Origin: a virus
Taxonomy: Duplodnaviria > Caudoviricetes
Virus record (IMG/VR): IMGVR_UViG_3300025073_000054
Coordinates: 1 to 61,672 of that record
Reading direction: 5' to 3' (one strand)
Length of the DNA stretch: 61,672 nt
Positions 27,651-37,133 of the stretch are shown one piece after another (the first letter of the stretch is position 1; each line of letters opens with the position of its first letter). The position numbers were made by a program, and so were the translations under genes. The notes below the pieces were generated by a model, which saw only the letters and a program-made list of their open reading frames with translations, was not told where the DNA came from and searched no databases.

Positions 27651-28058
27651 TCAGCCGCCCTGCTTGATGAAGGGGTTGATGGTGCAGAGCACGCGGTCGC
27701 CAGAGACGGCGGACTCGAGGGCCTGGCCGATGACGGCGACGTTGACGCCGGCACCCGCGGTCTCGGTGATGACACCGCCGTCGGTGCCGCCCGAGGTCAC
27801 GAAGTCACCGCGGGTGATGGTGCCCGCAGCGACCAGCGGGTACGCGCCGCTGATGAGCACGTCGACGGTGTCGCCCGAGGCGCACGCGGAGCCGTCGGGG
27901 CGGAAGATGACGCCGAGGAGCGACGCGGTGGGATCGGCACCGCCGGGGAGGCGGACCTTGCTGTCAGCGGCGCCGACGCGGCAGATCATGCCGTCGGTGA
28001 AGATCGCCTCGGACTCGAGGGGGATCGGCGGCCCGGGGAAGCGAGAGGAGAGGCCCAT
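27651..28058 (-). CDS. Capsid cement/decoration protein (DUF2190-like)
   Basis: GDTVDV..SG....AAGTITRGD.VTS...G; IGQALESA..GD. Confidence 0.8.
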   Translation of the reverse strand: MGLSSRFPGPPIPLESEAIFTDGMICRVGAADSKVRLPGGADPTASLLGVIFRPDGSACASGDTVDVLISGAYPLVAAGTITRGDFVTSGGTDGGVITETAGAGVNVAVIGQALESAVSGDRVLCTINPFIKQGG

Positions 28059-28060
28059 GG

Positions 28061-29740
28061 TCAGTTACCCTTCCCGGCGCGCAGTTCACGCGACGCCTGC
28101 TTGAGCGCCGACTCCAGGGTCAGCGACTTGTCGGCGGCCATCAGCTCCTTGGCGCGGTCGGAGGCGGCGTCGTTGTGACGGGCCGCGCGACCGGAGACGA
28201 TGGCGGGCGCCTTCTCGCCACCGAGGGCGGTGGCGCGCGACATGAGCGCGATGGACGCGGCGGTCACCGCGGGCTTCGGGTACGCCTTCGAGAATGCGGC
28301 GAAGTCGTTGCGGGCGAAGCTCTCCAGCGCGGCGCGGCTCTTGGCCATCACCGGGTCGCTGCACAGGGCCTCGATGTGCTCCACGACCTCGCGGCTGTGG
28401 CGCTCCGTCTCGACGCTCTTGAGCGCCTCGTTCTCGGCTGACAGGACGGCCACCTTGGCGGCGTCGCTGTGCAGTGCGGTGATCTTCGCGGCGACGGCCT
28501 GCGCGTCGGACGCGAGCGGCAGACCCAGCGAGCGCCGGACCTCCGTGGACTCTTCTGCACGCGCGGCAACGTGCTGCGCGGCGGCCTCTTCGGTCGGAGC
28601 GGCGAAGCCGAGCCGAGCCGCGAGGGCCATCATGGTGGTGCTCATGCGGGTTTCCTTTGCGGCCCTCGAGCCGCGGGACATCGCCCCGGAATGGGGCGAA
28701 TCGTTGGAGCCGCCGGGCGACGTGCCCGGGGCCGAAGGGGTGCCAGTGGGCGGTGCGCGGACGGGCGCTGGAGCGAGCTCGGCGGCGACGTACCAGCGAT
28801 GCGTGCCCATCTCCTCCATGCCGTCGAACACGATCCCGTAGGCGTTGCCGTTGACCTCAGCGACGACGCCGGTGGACTGCCCGGCCATGTGGGGCGTGCC
28901 CTTCACGCGCACGCGGTCGCCGATGGCGTAGGAAACGGGGTCGTCGCCGGGGAGGGCAGCGAGCGCAGCGCGGATGGCCGCGAGCACCTCATCCGCACCG
29001 GTGAGCGCCGGAAGGCGCATCGCGCTGCGGAGCGAAGCGACGATGTCGTCAGCGTCGATGCCGCTCGCGTCGTCGGGCGCGGCGAGGAGCGCGGCCAGCT
29101 TCGCGAGCTCGGCGGAGACCGCGGCTTCGTCAGCGAGCGCCGGGAGACCGAGGACGGTACGGAGCATCTCCACCACGTCGTCGCGATCGTCGAGGTCGCC
29201 GTACCAGGCGCCAGCGGCGAGCGTGAGGCTCGCGGCGATGCGCGGGAGGTCGACCAGCGCGGGGTTGTTTGTGAGGCTGAAGCTCCACAAAAAACTACCC
29301 ACATCCGCGCCGGTCTCTTCATCGACCCCGCCTTGCACGATGGTGATGCTCCCGAAGGCGATCTCTCCACAGTCGACGGAGGCGCGCGTCGCCTCGTTGA
29401 CCCAACGGAAGCGCGCCTCCAGCGTCGCGCACGACGATCCACCGCGCTGCATCGCACCGACGCGCATCTCCACGATCCATGCGTGCGCCTTGCGGGCATC
29501 GGGGTGCGCGGTCGCGTCGGTGTCGGCGTGGTAGAGCACCACCGGGATCTCGCGGCCCCAGCGGAGGAAGTTGGCGACGCATGAGGCGAAGTCGGCGCTG
29601 GTGAGCTCAACGCCGGCGCCGCGGCCGCGGAGCTTCGTGGCGTAGGCCAGCACGTTCCATGGGCTGGTCGCCTGCGATGCCGCAAGGGGCATGGCGAGGC
29701 CGGTCACCCGCGCGCCTGCGGTGATGGGAGGGGAGGTCAT
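28061..29740 (-). CDS. Mu-like prohead protease with C-terminal scaffold (internal start 28645)
   Basis: YH, AHAWI, RW, SLTNNPAL motifs; AAGGAAACCCGC-ATG internal RBS. Confidence 0.85.
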   Translation of the reverse strand: MTSPPITAGARVTGLAMPLAASQATSPWNVLAYATKLRGRGAGVELTSADFASCVANFLRWGREIPVVLYHADTDATAHPDARKAHAWIVEMRVGAMQRGGSSCATLEARFRWVNEATRASVDCGEIAFGSITIVQGGVDEETGADVGSFLWSFSLTNNPALVDLPRIAASLTLAAGAWYGDLDDRDDVVEMLRTVLGLPALADEAAVSAELAKLAALLAAPDDASGIDADDIVASLRSAMRLPALTGADEVLAAIRAALAALPGDDPVSYAIGDRVRVKGTPHMAGQSTGVVAEVNGNAYGIVFDGMEEMGTHRWYVAAELAPAPVRAPPTGTPSAPGTSPGGSNDSPHSGAMSRGSRAAKETRMSTTMMALAARLGFAAPTEEAAAQHVAARAEESTEVRRSLGLPLASDAQAVAAKITALHSDAAKVAVLSAENEALKSVETERHSREVVEHIEALCSDPVMAKSRAALESFARNDFAAFSKAYPKPAVTAASIALMSRATALGGEKAPAIVSGRAARHNDAASDRAKELMAADKSLTLESALKQASRELRAGKGN

Positions 29741-29751
29741 CAGTGGGGCTC

Positions 29752-31116
29752 TCAGGCGGCTTCGTCAGTGTCGTCGGCGGGCTTGGCGCCGGGCTTCGGC
29801 GGTGCGCCGTCGGCTTCGGGCTTCGCAGGCACTTTGCCGCCAACAACCTCTTCGCCGTCCTTCGGGTCGGGGATGCTCTCGACGTCGCGCAACCACTTCG
29901 CCGGGACCGCGAGGCCGTGCCTCATGTAGAGGTCGAGCCGCTCCGCACGCGCCTTCGCGTCCTCGGGAGGATCGACGTTCAGCGCGAGGAAGGGGACCGG
30001 CGCGCGGTCGCCCAGGTTCATCCTCACGAGCGGCGTCAGCAGGTCGCGACGGATGACGTCGGCGAGGCCCTCCGCGTCGCTGCGGAGGAGCTGGAACATC
30101 GCGCGCAGGTGCACCTCCCCGAGCGAGCGGGCGCCCTTGTCGCCGGGGTCGCTGGTGAGCGTGCCGCCGAGGATGACCTTGGACATCTCCCCGTTGCAGA
30201 GCTTCACCAGCTCGCCGTGCACGCCGCTGTCGGGCGCTGCGATGACGGACAGGTCCGTCGTGTCGGGGATCACCGTGGTGACCGTCGAGCTCATCGCGTC
30301 GAGCGCAGCGGCGAGGATCTCGACGTCCTCGTCGTTCGCTCGCGGCTCCTTCAGCGGGTCGCGCCCCGTGGCGTACTTCCCCACGCGCAGCCCGCGGCCC
30401 GACCACTCCGCGAAGGCGATCCAGTCGCGGACGGACCAGCGCTTGAAGGCGCTGTACCAAACGATCGCACGCCCGAGACCCTCGCGCGTCGGGTACGTGC
30501 CGAAGGCGCGCGGGGTGTGCAGGATGAGCTTCCCGCGGGGGAAGGCCGCGGCGTCGTCGCAGGGGATGCCGGGGAAGCGCGCGAATCGGGTGTCCCCGCT
30601 CTGCGCGTCGTAGAGGTAGAGGCGCCAGTCGCGCTCGTTGCTCCATGCGAGCCGGCGCGCGTGGATCGGGTAGAGGTGCCGCGGGTAGAGGTAGCGCCCT
30701 TCGCGGGCGTACACCGCCTCGACGCCCGCACGGCCGTGGTAGGTGGCGCTTGCGAGTTGCTGGAGCGCGCCGCGGAAGGAGAGACCCAGCGAGCCCGCAG
30801 GGACTTCGACGGCGTCGAGCGCGTCCTGGCAGAGCCGCAGGGCCTTCGCCCCGTCGCGCTTCGAGGCGGTCGCCGGGAGGCGGAGTTCGTACTCCGCGCC
30901 GCTGACCGCCTGCTCGCGCTTCGCAAGGTCGCCATGCAGGTGCGGGTCGCCCTGGCGGACTTCGTCGAGGAGGTCGGCCCATCCCGCCATCTTGCCGGTG
31001 TCGGCCTCGCGCTGTACCGCTGTGATGGCCTGCGGCGTGAGGCCTGCGCCCAAGCGCCGCTGGTAGCGGTCCTGCGGCGAGGCGCTGGCGACGCGGCGGG
31101 TGGTGTCGGCGGGCAT
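29752..31116 (-). CDS. Portal protein (Mu gp29/DUF935)
   Basis: DPHL....KR..AV; DW..FAE..G...RVGKY; SK.ILGGTLT...G.RSLGEVH. Confidence 0.93.
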   Translation of the reverse strand: MPADTTRRVASASPQDRYQRRLGAGLTPQAITAVQREADTGKMAGWADLLDEVRQGDPHLHGDLAKREQAVSGAEYELRLPATASKRDGAKALRLCQDALDAVEVPAGSLGLSFRGALQQLASATYHGRAGVEAVYAREGRYLYPRHLYPIHARRLAWSNERDWRLYLYDAQSGDTRFARFPGIPCDDAAAFPRGKLILHTPRAFGTYPTREGLGRAIVWYSAFKRWSVRDWIAFAEWSGRGLRVGKYATGRDPLKEPRANDEDVEILAAALDAMSSTVTTVIPDTTDLSVIAAPDSGVHGELVKLCNGEMSKVILGGTLTSDPGDKGARSLGEVHLRAMFQLLRSDAEGLADVIRRDLLTPLVRMNLGDRAPVPFLALNVDPPEDAKARAERLDLYMRHGLAVPAKWLRDVESIPDPKDGEEVVGGKVPAKPEADGAPPKPGAKPADDTDEAA

Positions 31117-31126
31117 CGGGGGGAGG

Positions 31127-32632
31127 TCAGAAGCCCCAGGTGGGGGCGCGGGAGCGGACGGACACCTTCGTCGCGGCGGGCGGCGGAGGCTCGTAGAGCG
31201 AGAGCAGCCATGCATCGCAGGCATCGGGGCTGCGGTTGCCCGGGAGGCGCTTGCGGAGGTCGTCTTTGGACTCGACCTGAATCCGACCGCGCGCATCGGT
31301 GCGGTACTTCGGCGCCACCATCTCCGCTTGGAGCTTGGCGTCGTCGGGCACTGCGCCGCCTTCGCGGAGCCAGTCGCGACCCGCGAAGTGAAGCTCCGCG
31401 CGCAGGTTGATGAACTCGTTGACGGAGCTTGACGCGACGGAGGTGTTGACCGCGATGGCCTTCACCGTGTCGTTGCGAGCGAGCGCATCGAACACCGAGA
31501 CGCCGATGCCGTTCGCATCGACGTTGACCTGCGGGCGCTCATCCGGTCGGACGATGCCCGAGGCCGCGAGCGCCTGGAGAAACTGCGCCGCCGTCTCCGG
31601 GCCGTCGCCCGGGGGGAGGCGGATCAGCGGGTAGACGTAGTGGCCGCGGCGGGGCGCTGCGACCGTCTCATCGTCGCCGAAGCGCGCGACGTCGAGACCG
31701 ATGACCAGCGGGCCGGAAGGCTCCGTCTCGACGTGCCGCGCGACCGCGTCCAACACCAGCCCGAGGCCGATGACGGCATCGCTCGCGGTCGCCGGGAAGC
31801 GCCCGAGGACGCGCACCGCGTAGATGGGCGAGGTGCGCCAGTCCGGCCCCCAATCGACCCGCTTCTCTTCGACCCAGGAGCGAGTCGCGAGGCCTGGGAT
31901 CGGGGGCTCGACGTCGGCGGCCTCTTCGCTGCTGATGGACAGCGCGCGGTAGAGGTGCCGCTTCGTGTGGTGCGACTCGAAGAACGTCCCCGACTGCTGT
32001 GTCGGGTTGGAGGCGAGGAATATCTTGGCGCCCTGGCCGCCGGCACGGTTGCCCTCCAGCGCCTCGAAGACCTTGCCGGGTACGCCGGAGGCTTCGTCGA
32101 CAAGGTAGAGCAGGTGCGCGCCCGAGGTGCCCGCAGCCTTCTCCGGGTCCTTCGTGGAGAACCCGAACATCTCGCGACCATCGGGCCAGCGGACGCCGGT
32201 ATCGGGCGAGAGCGCGGGCTCGGGGAGGTCGTAGCCGCGATCGCGCGCCCTACGCCAGAGCGCGGTCACCTCGCGCCACAGGGTGCGGATGACCTGGCGG
32301 AAGCTCGAGCTCGTCATCGCGACCCGCGCGCCCGGTCGGGCTACGGGGTCGCTCGGGAACCACCACGCGAGGATCGCGAAGGAGGTCGTCTTGCCGGTCT
32401 TGTGGCCGCTGGTGACGGTCACCCGGCCGTGCGTGAGGATCGACCGAAGGAGCTCGGCTTGCTTCGGCCAGATCGTGAGGCCGAACACCTCTTGCGCGTA
32501 GACCACCGGGTCGGCGAGCGCCGCAGCGGAGGGAGTCGGGCGGCTAGTGCGCTGTGCCTGCGCCGTCGCCCGCGACTCCAGCCGCTTCTGCGCCAGCGTC
32601 GCGACCCGAGAGCACTGCGAGGACACGCTCAT
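31127..32632 (-). CDS. terL: Terminase large subunit (start uncertain)
   Basis: SGHKTGKT Walker A, LVDEASG Walker B, SNP, GLDVARFGDD nuclease, SPDACDA. Confidence 0.93.
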   Translation of the reverse strand: MSVSSQCSRVATLAQKRLESRATAQAQRTSRPTPSAAALADPVVYAQEVFGLTIWPKQAELLRSILTHGRVTVTSGHKTGKTTSFAILAWWFPSDPVARPGARVAMTSSSFRQVIRTLWREVTALWRRARDRGYDLPEPALSPDTGVRWPDGREMFGFSTKDPEKAAGTSGAHLLYLVDEASGVPGKVFEALEGNRAGGQGAKIFLASNPTQQSGTFFESHHTKRHLYRALSISSEEAADVEPPIPGLATRSWVEEKRVDWGPDWRTSPIYAVRVLGRFPATASDAVIGLGLVLDAVARHVETEPSGPLVIGLDVARFGDDETVAAPRRGHYVYPLIRLPPGDGPETAAQFLQALAASGIVRPDERPQVNVDANGIGVSVFDALARNDTVKAIAVNTSVASSSVNEFINLRAELHFAGRDWLREGGAVPDDAKLQAEMVAPKYRTDARGRIQVESKDDLRKRLPGNRSPDACDAWLLSLYEPPPPAATKVSVRSRAPTWGF

Positions 32633-33032
32633 ATTCGTCGGGCGAGAGGCCCGCTTCCAGCTTCCCGAGCATCGCGTCGAGTTCGGCGTTGACCGCGCTC
32701 TCGATCGTCAGCTTGTCGCGGCGGCCCCATCGGTCGGAGGCGCTGCGTTCGAGGTACCACCGGGCGCTCTCGGCGTTCTCGATCGCATCGACACGCACGA
32801 TGGTGACCATCGAGGCCTCAGCCTTCGCCCGTGCGCGCGTTACGGCCTGACGAAACTGGCGGTAGCTCTCATCCGCAGGGTCTTCCGACTCGCCGCGGCT
32901 CATCCATCGGTAGTAGACGCGACCCGCGATGCCAGCGCACTCCGCCGCGACCTCGGGGTAGTTGCCCGCCTCGACGTCAGCGACGATGGCGGCTTGCACT
33001 TCGGGGGTGAGCTTCGACGGCCGCCCCATCAC
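32544..33032 (-). CDS. terS: Terminase small subunit
   Basis: GRPSKLTPE...G.....AA..AGI....Y.W...G; WYLER...WGR; upstream of terL. Confidence 0.8.
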   Translation of the reverse strand: MMGRPSKLTPEVQAAIVADVEAGNYPEVAAECAGIAGRVYYRWMSRGESEDPADESYRQFRQAVTRARAKAEASMVTIVRVDAIENAESARWYLERSASDRWGRRDKLTIESAVNAELDAMLGKLEAGLSPDEYERVLAVLSGRDAGAEAAGVAGDGAGTAH

Positions 33033-33220
33033 GCCGCCACCGGCCAGAGCACCGCCTTCGCGGCGCGCGTCGCCCCGCTGCCGATGGCGACGGGTACGGT
33101 GGTCACGCGGGGCATCGTGGGGTCGTGCTGGCGTGCGGACCAGCGATCGTACAGACGAAGGGTGTGGCGAGGCGTAAAGCCGAGCAGTCGCGCTACCTGC
33201 GCGATCGTCAGCGGACGCAA
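33029..33220 (-). CDS. Small HTH-like protein
   Basis: LTIAQVARLLGFTPRHT; TTG start just downstream of the late promoter. Confidence 0.55.
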   Translation of the reverse strand: MRPLTIAQVARLLGFTPRHTLRLYDRWSARQHDPTMPRVTTVPVAIGSGATRAAKAVLWPVAA

Positions 33221-33237
33221 CTCGGCCACCGAAAACG

Positions 33238-33270
33238 ACCCTGAATGTCCGAATGGTCGGGCGTCAAGAG
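33238..33270 (-). promoter_or_regulatory. Putative main late promoter, copy 1
   Basis: CTC-TTGACG, 18 bp containing ACCATTCGGACAT, CAGGGT. Confidence 0.65.
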
Positions 33271-33525
33271 CCCTGCGAAAGATTCCCCCGCGGGCCTCGC
33301 CGCCGTGGCCGGAGGGCGTCGCAGGGAGGGCGCGGTCGCAGTGCCCGGGCGAGCCGCCCTCAGAGCGGCGAAGCTCTGGCGAGCGCGCGAGAGTCAGACG
33401 GGCATGGCCTGCGACCACGGTCAAGAGCATTCGGCGGCGCGCGAATCCATCGGGCTATGCGCTGGTGGGTAGGTGTCGCAGGGTGTGCGCAGTTTGACAG
33501 CGCGCGTCAGGTGCGGGGTGGCGGG

Positions 33526-33822
33526 TCACTCAAGCACCCACACTGCCCTCGGCCTCATCCATGCGGGCATTGCCGCAAGATCCGCGTACCCCTCGCTAGT
33601 TGGGTCGAGCAGGTCAAGTAGGTCGACGCTCGGCGCGATGTCGACGGCGGGCGCGGGACGAGACATCCCAAGAGCTATCGCCCTCTGCATCGCCGCGTCG
33701 TGGTGCCTACCCCGTACGGCACGGCGTCGAGCGTTGACGGAGCGGGGCACCAGCGGGCCGAAGATGCAGCGCTGAACGAGAGCAATGAGGTACTGCGACT
33801 GGTCGCGGGTCAGGGTGCTCAT
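33526..33822 (-). CDS. Hypothetical protein
   Basis: ATGA-coupled to the upstream ORF. Confidence 0.5.
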   Translation of the reverse strand: MSTLTRDQSQYLIALVQRCIFGPLVPRSVNARRRAVRGRHHDAAMQRAIALGMSRPAPAVDIAPSVDLLDLLDPTSEGYADLAAMPAWMRPRAVWVLE

Positions 33823-34064
33823 GCGCTCATCCTATCCTGACCCGCTCGCAGCCACGTCCCGCAGCGCCCCGCGAAGCCGTCGCCCGCGTCGTCGTAGGTG
33901 TAGCGGTCGACGGCGGCGAGTTCCTCCGCCGGGCGCGCGAGAGCCTCTAGTTCGCTGTCGAGGTCATCCCACGTCTGATCGCCCACCTCGATCCGGTCGG
34001 GCGGGTCGCCGCGATGGAACGTCCGATAGGCCTCCGCGAACTCTTCTGCTGTCACCGCGTGCAT
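33819..34064 (-). CDS. Hypothetical acidic protein
   Basis: MHAVTAEEFAEAY...; likely true start at the TGATG junction. Confidence 0.5.
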   Translation of the reverse strand: MHAVTAEEFAEAYRTFHRGDPPDRIEVGDQTWDDLDSELEALARPAEELAAVDRYTYDDAGDGFAGRCGTWLRAGQDRMSA

Positions 34065-34159
34065 CACCGCCACACCCGACCGAACGCGCTGCACACCATC
34101 GCCAGCGCCGCGAGGCACCCCCCACGGATGCCGCTCCACGAACATCACCATCTCATGCA

Positions 34160-34951
34160 TCACGCCGCCCGCTCCTCCCCGCCCGCCCCCTGCCACGCCT
34201 CGCACGCCGCGCCCAGCGCCTCGACGCCCCACGCGGACAGCGCCGCGTCGGACGCAGCCTCCCGCGACGTGGCCGTGGTCAGCGCCTCCCTCGCCCGCAT
34301 CCCGTCGACCGTCATGGCGCACCCCGGCGACGGCCCCTCGCGCTGGTAGGTCGCCGCCGCCTTCGTGCGCGTGGCCGTCGCCCGGTCGAGCGCATCCCGC
34401 AGCGCCATCGGGGCGTGCTGCCCCGCGTAGAGCCGTGCGAGCGTCGCGAGGTCGCCGACGTGGGCGCGGTCGATCAGCCAGCGAAGCGCCGGCCGGTGCC
34501 GCGGGGCCGCTGCGTCGATGCGCTGCGACACCAGGCGCGCTCGAGCGCCGTCCCCTCGGTCGATGGCGCGCTCCGTCGCCGTCGTCTCGCACAGCCCCCC
34601 GCTGCTGTCGCGGCCGTTGTCGACGGAGCGCAGGTCGCCCGAGAGCATCTGCGCGGGCCGCATCGCCCGCAGCATCGCGGAGAACGCGCTCTCTGACGGC
34701 GCTTCTCCTGACGCGTCGGGCGCTTCGGGCACCACCCGCATCTCGACCCGCGAGGGGCGCCCGTCGTCGGGTCTGTCCTCGGGGACGTGGTGCACCGCGC
34801 AGGGCACCCCCAGGAGCGCCATCATGTCCCGGCACCGCAGGCAGTCCGCAGCGCTCTCCGACGGCGGCGGGGCGTGCCGCCCACAGGCGACCCCCAGCCG
34901 CAGGCACACGTCGCACTCGTCATCGCCCGTCGTCTCTCGCTCCGTCGTCAT
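34160..34951 (-). CDS. Hypothetical protein with two CxxC...CxxH repeats
   Basis: CDVC...C.RH and CLRC...C.VH; coupled ORF. Confidence 0.6.
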   Translation of the reverse strand: MTTERETTGDDECDVCLRLGVACGRHAPPPSESAADCLRCRDMMALLGVPCAVHHVPEDRPDDGRPSRVEMRVVPEAPDASGEAPSESAFSAMLRAMRPAQMLSGDLRSVDNGRDSSGGLCETTATERAIDRGDGARARLVSQRIDAAAPRHRPALRWLIDRAHVGDLATLARLYAGQHAPMALRDALDRATATRTKAAATYQREGPSPGCAMTVDGMRAREALTTATSREAASDAALSAWGVEALGAACEAWQGAGGEERAA

Positions 34952-35983
34952 CGCCCCTCGCCTTCCGTCGCAAACACGGCCCCGTGCCTCGCCTCGATCA
35001 GCGCGCCGAGGCGCTCGATCTCCGCGTCCATCGCGCGCAGCTTCGCGCGCTCCACCTCAAGCTCCGCCCTCTCGGCCGCCCGCTTCGCCTCCGCCACCCG
35101 TCGCAGCCGTCGCCGCTGGCGGGCCGTCCCTGTGTCGCGCGTCATCGCCCCTCGCTCCCTTCGCCCGTCACCGCACCACACGCCCGCGCCAACCGCGGGT
35201 CGTCGCTCGTCTGGTGCGCTGGCACCGCCTCCGTGTCCGCCAGCCAGAAGCACCGCCCGCACCTCGAGCACTGGCGCCACTGCCTCGCCGCCGCCCCGAT
35301 CGACCGCGCCCCGAGTCCCGCGTCGCTCGCGTCGCCCTTCGCGCCGTCCCGCGCCAGCCGTGCGATCGACGCGTGCGCCTTCGCCAGCCGCGGCTCTACG
35401 TCGTCGAGCGTCTCGCGCGCTTCGTCGAGCCGCGCCCGCAGCACCGCCACCACGGCCAGCGCCTCGCGCTCGCGGTACTGCGCCCCGCGGGCTACCGCCG
35501 CCAGCCGCTCGACCTCCGCCGTCGGGACGCCAGCCTGCGCCCGCAGGGCCTGCGCCACGCCCACCAGCACCTCCCCGGACGGCAGCGGGTCGCCCCGACG
35601 TGCCCGCGCGTCAAGGGCATCGCAGACCGCGTGGAGGTCGCGGAGAGCGCTCTCGGCCAGGTCGACGTGGAAGGCGACGGTGTCGCGCTCTGCGTCGAGG
35701 GCGCGCGTCAGCCGCCCCACCTCGTCGGCGCCAGCCCGCGGCGCCGCCATCGTCGCCGCGTCCCCTCGCTCCGACCACGGGGCGTCGGCCAGCGCCCGCA
35801 TCCTGTCGGCCACCGGCACACCGGGGACCGCTGCGGCACGTCGCTCGTCTTGCTCGCTCACTTGCGGCGCCCCGCAATGGCCGCGAGCACTGCGGTAAGC
35901 ACGTCCCCCGCGAAGCCCGCGAGGACCAGCAGAAACACCAGCGTCCACCACGGATGCCGGTCCACGTACATCATCAGCGTCAT
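34948..35983 (-). other. Coupled hypothetical genes (34948-35145, 35142-35861, 35858-35983)
   Basis: Overlapping start/stop codons; the last is a 41-aa single-TM peptide. Confidence 0.55.
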
Positions 35984-36663
35984 CGTCGCCCTCCGTCCGT
36001 CGTCAGCCGCAGCTCCACGCCGCCCACCGTCACCACCGCGCTCCCGCGAGCGAGCGCCGCGCAGAGCGCCGACGCCTCCCCCGGGGTCAGCCGCATCGCC
36101 ACCACGTCGGCGCGCTCGCCTGCGACCACCGAGGCGCGACCGTCGACGTGCACGATCGTCACCCGCGCCCCGTAGGGTCCAGCGACCTGCGACTCCCGCC
36201 ACGTCGCCCGCGTCTCGGCGGGGCCGTCGTCGATCCCCAGCGCCTCCGCAGCGGCATCCCGCGGGGCCTTGCAGGCGCTGGCGAGGTTGTCGGTATCCAC
36301 CCGCCGCGGCGAGACGCGCGTCACGCACACCCGCACCGGGAGCGGCGGGAGAGTGCGACCCGCGAGCCCCCGCAGCACGGCGGCGCGGAGGGCCTTCGCC
36401 CGCGACGACTTCGCCCCAAGGCTGTGGCCGCGGGCGTTCGCCTCCGACGCCAGCCGCAGCCCCGGCAGCTCCACAACCACGACCCCCGCAGCCGCGTCCA
36501 GCGCCCCCGGGAGCGCCTCCGGCGTCGTCGGACGGGCGCTGCCACGTCCCGGGCGCTTCGCGGGCGCTGGCGGGGCGACGGGCGCCCGCGGCGGGGGGTT
36601 GAGCGCCCGCAGGCTTGCCGGAGCGAGGGCCAGCGCTGCGGCGTGCGTCAGGCGGCGGGTCAC
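35980..36663 (-). CDS. RusA-like Holliday junction resolvase
   Basis: SEAN; TRVSPRRVDTDNL..ACK..RD..A..LGIDD catalytic pattern. Confidence 0.75.
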   Translation of the reverse strand: MTRRLTHAAALALAPASLRALNPPPRAPVAPPAPAKRPGRGSARPTTPEALPGALDAAAGVVVVELPGLRLASEANARGHSLGAKSSRAKALRAAVLRGLAGRTLPPLPVRVCVTRVSPRRVDTDNLASACKAPRDAAAEALGIDDGPAETRATWRESQVAGPYGARVTIVHVDGRASVVAGERADVVAMRLTPGEASALCAALARGSAVVTVGGVELRLTTDGGRR

Positions 36664-37133
36664 GCGCGGACCTCTGCCCACGTCATCCCGTCGGACAGTA
36701 GCGCCAGATCTCCGAGCGCCTCCGCGATGGCCTTTGCGTCCGCGCGAGCCCTGCCACGATGCCGCTGCCCCTGCCCTCGCAGGATGCCCGCGAGGCCTGC
36801 GAATGCCCGGCGCGGCGAGCCCATGGCGTCCTCGTCGGCGGGGGTGATCCCGAGCTCCGCGTAGAGCCGCCGCATCTGCGCGTATCCGCGCCGCACCGCC
36901 GCGAGGCGATCGGCGGCGAAGGCACCGGCCATGCTCACCTTGCACGCCGGGCAGTAGAGCCCGCGCGGGAAGGTGTCGTTGTTCCACCCAGCTTCGTGCG
37001 CGGCATACGTCAACGACACCGCCGCCTCTGCCTCGGTGCCGCCCGCTCGCTCCATTCGCTCGGTGCAGCCGCTCCCGTCGCACGTCGCGATGGCAACCCA
37101 CCCGCCGCGCATCCCCCGCATGGAGTAGCTCAC
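36660..37133 (-). CDS. Hypothetical Zn-finger protein
   Basis: CDGSGC...GW...YCPAC. Confidence 0.55.
   Translation of the reverse strand: MSYSMRGMRGGWVAIATCDGSGCTERMERAGGTEAEAAVSLTYAAHEAGWNNDTFPRGLYCPACKVSMAGAFAADRLAAVRRGYAQMRRLYAELGITPADEDAMGSPRRAFAGLAGILRGQGQRHRGRARADAKAIAEALGDLALLSDGMTWAEVRA

Noticed and set aside
22932-31116. Transposable (Mu-type) phage or contractile injection system
   Set aside because: No MuA/MuB; capsid, portal, terminase and integrase show an ordinary temperate phage.
16766-32692. Long plus-strand ORFs (e.g. 16766-18490, 19625-21493, 22905-24629, 26410-28104, 29743-31410)
   Set aside because: Antisense shadows of clear structural genes in high-GC DNA; Arg/Gly-rich with no motifs.
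34435-36602. Long plus-strand ORFs 34435-35898, 34518-36602, 34787-36175
   Set aside because: Low-complexity shadows over a coupled minus-strand gene series that includes the RusA-like gene.
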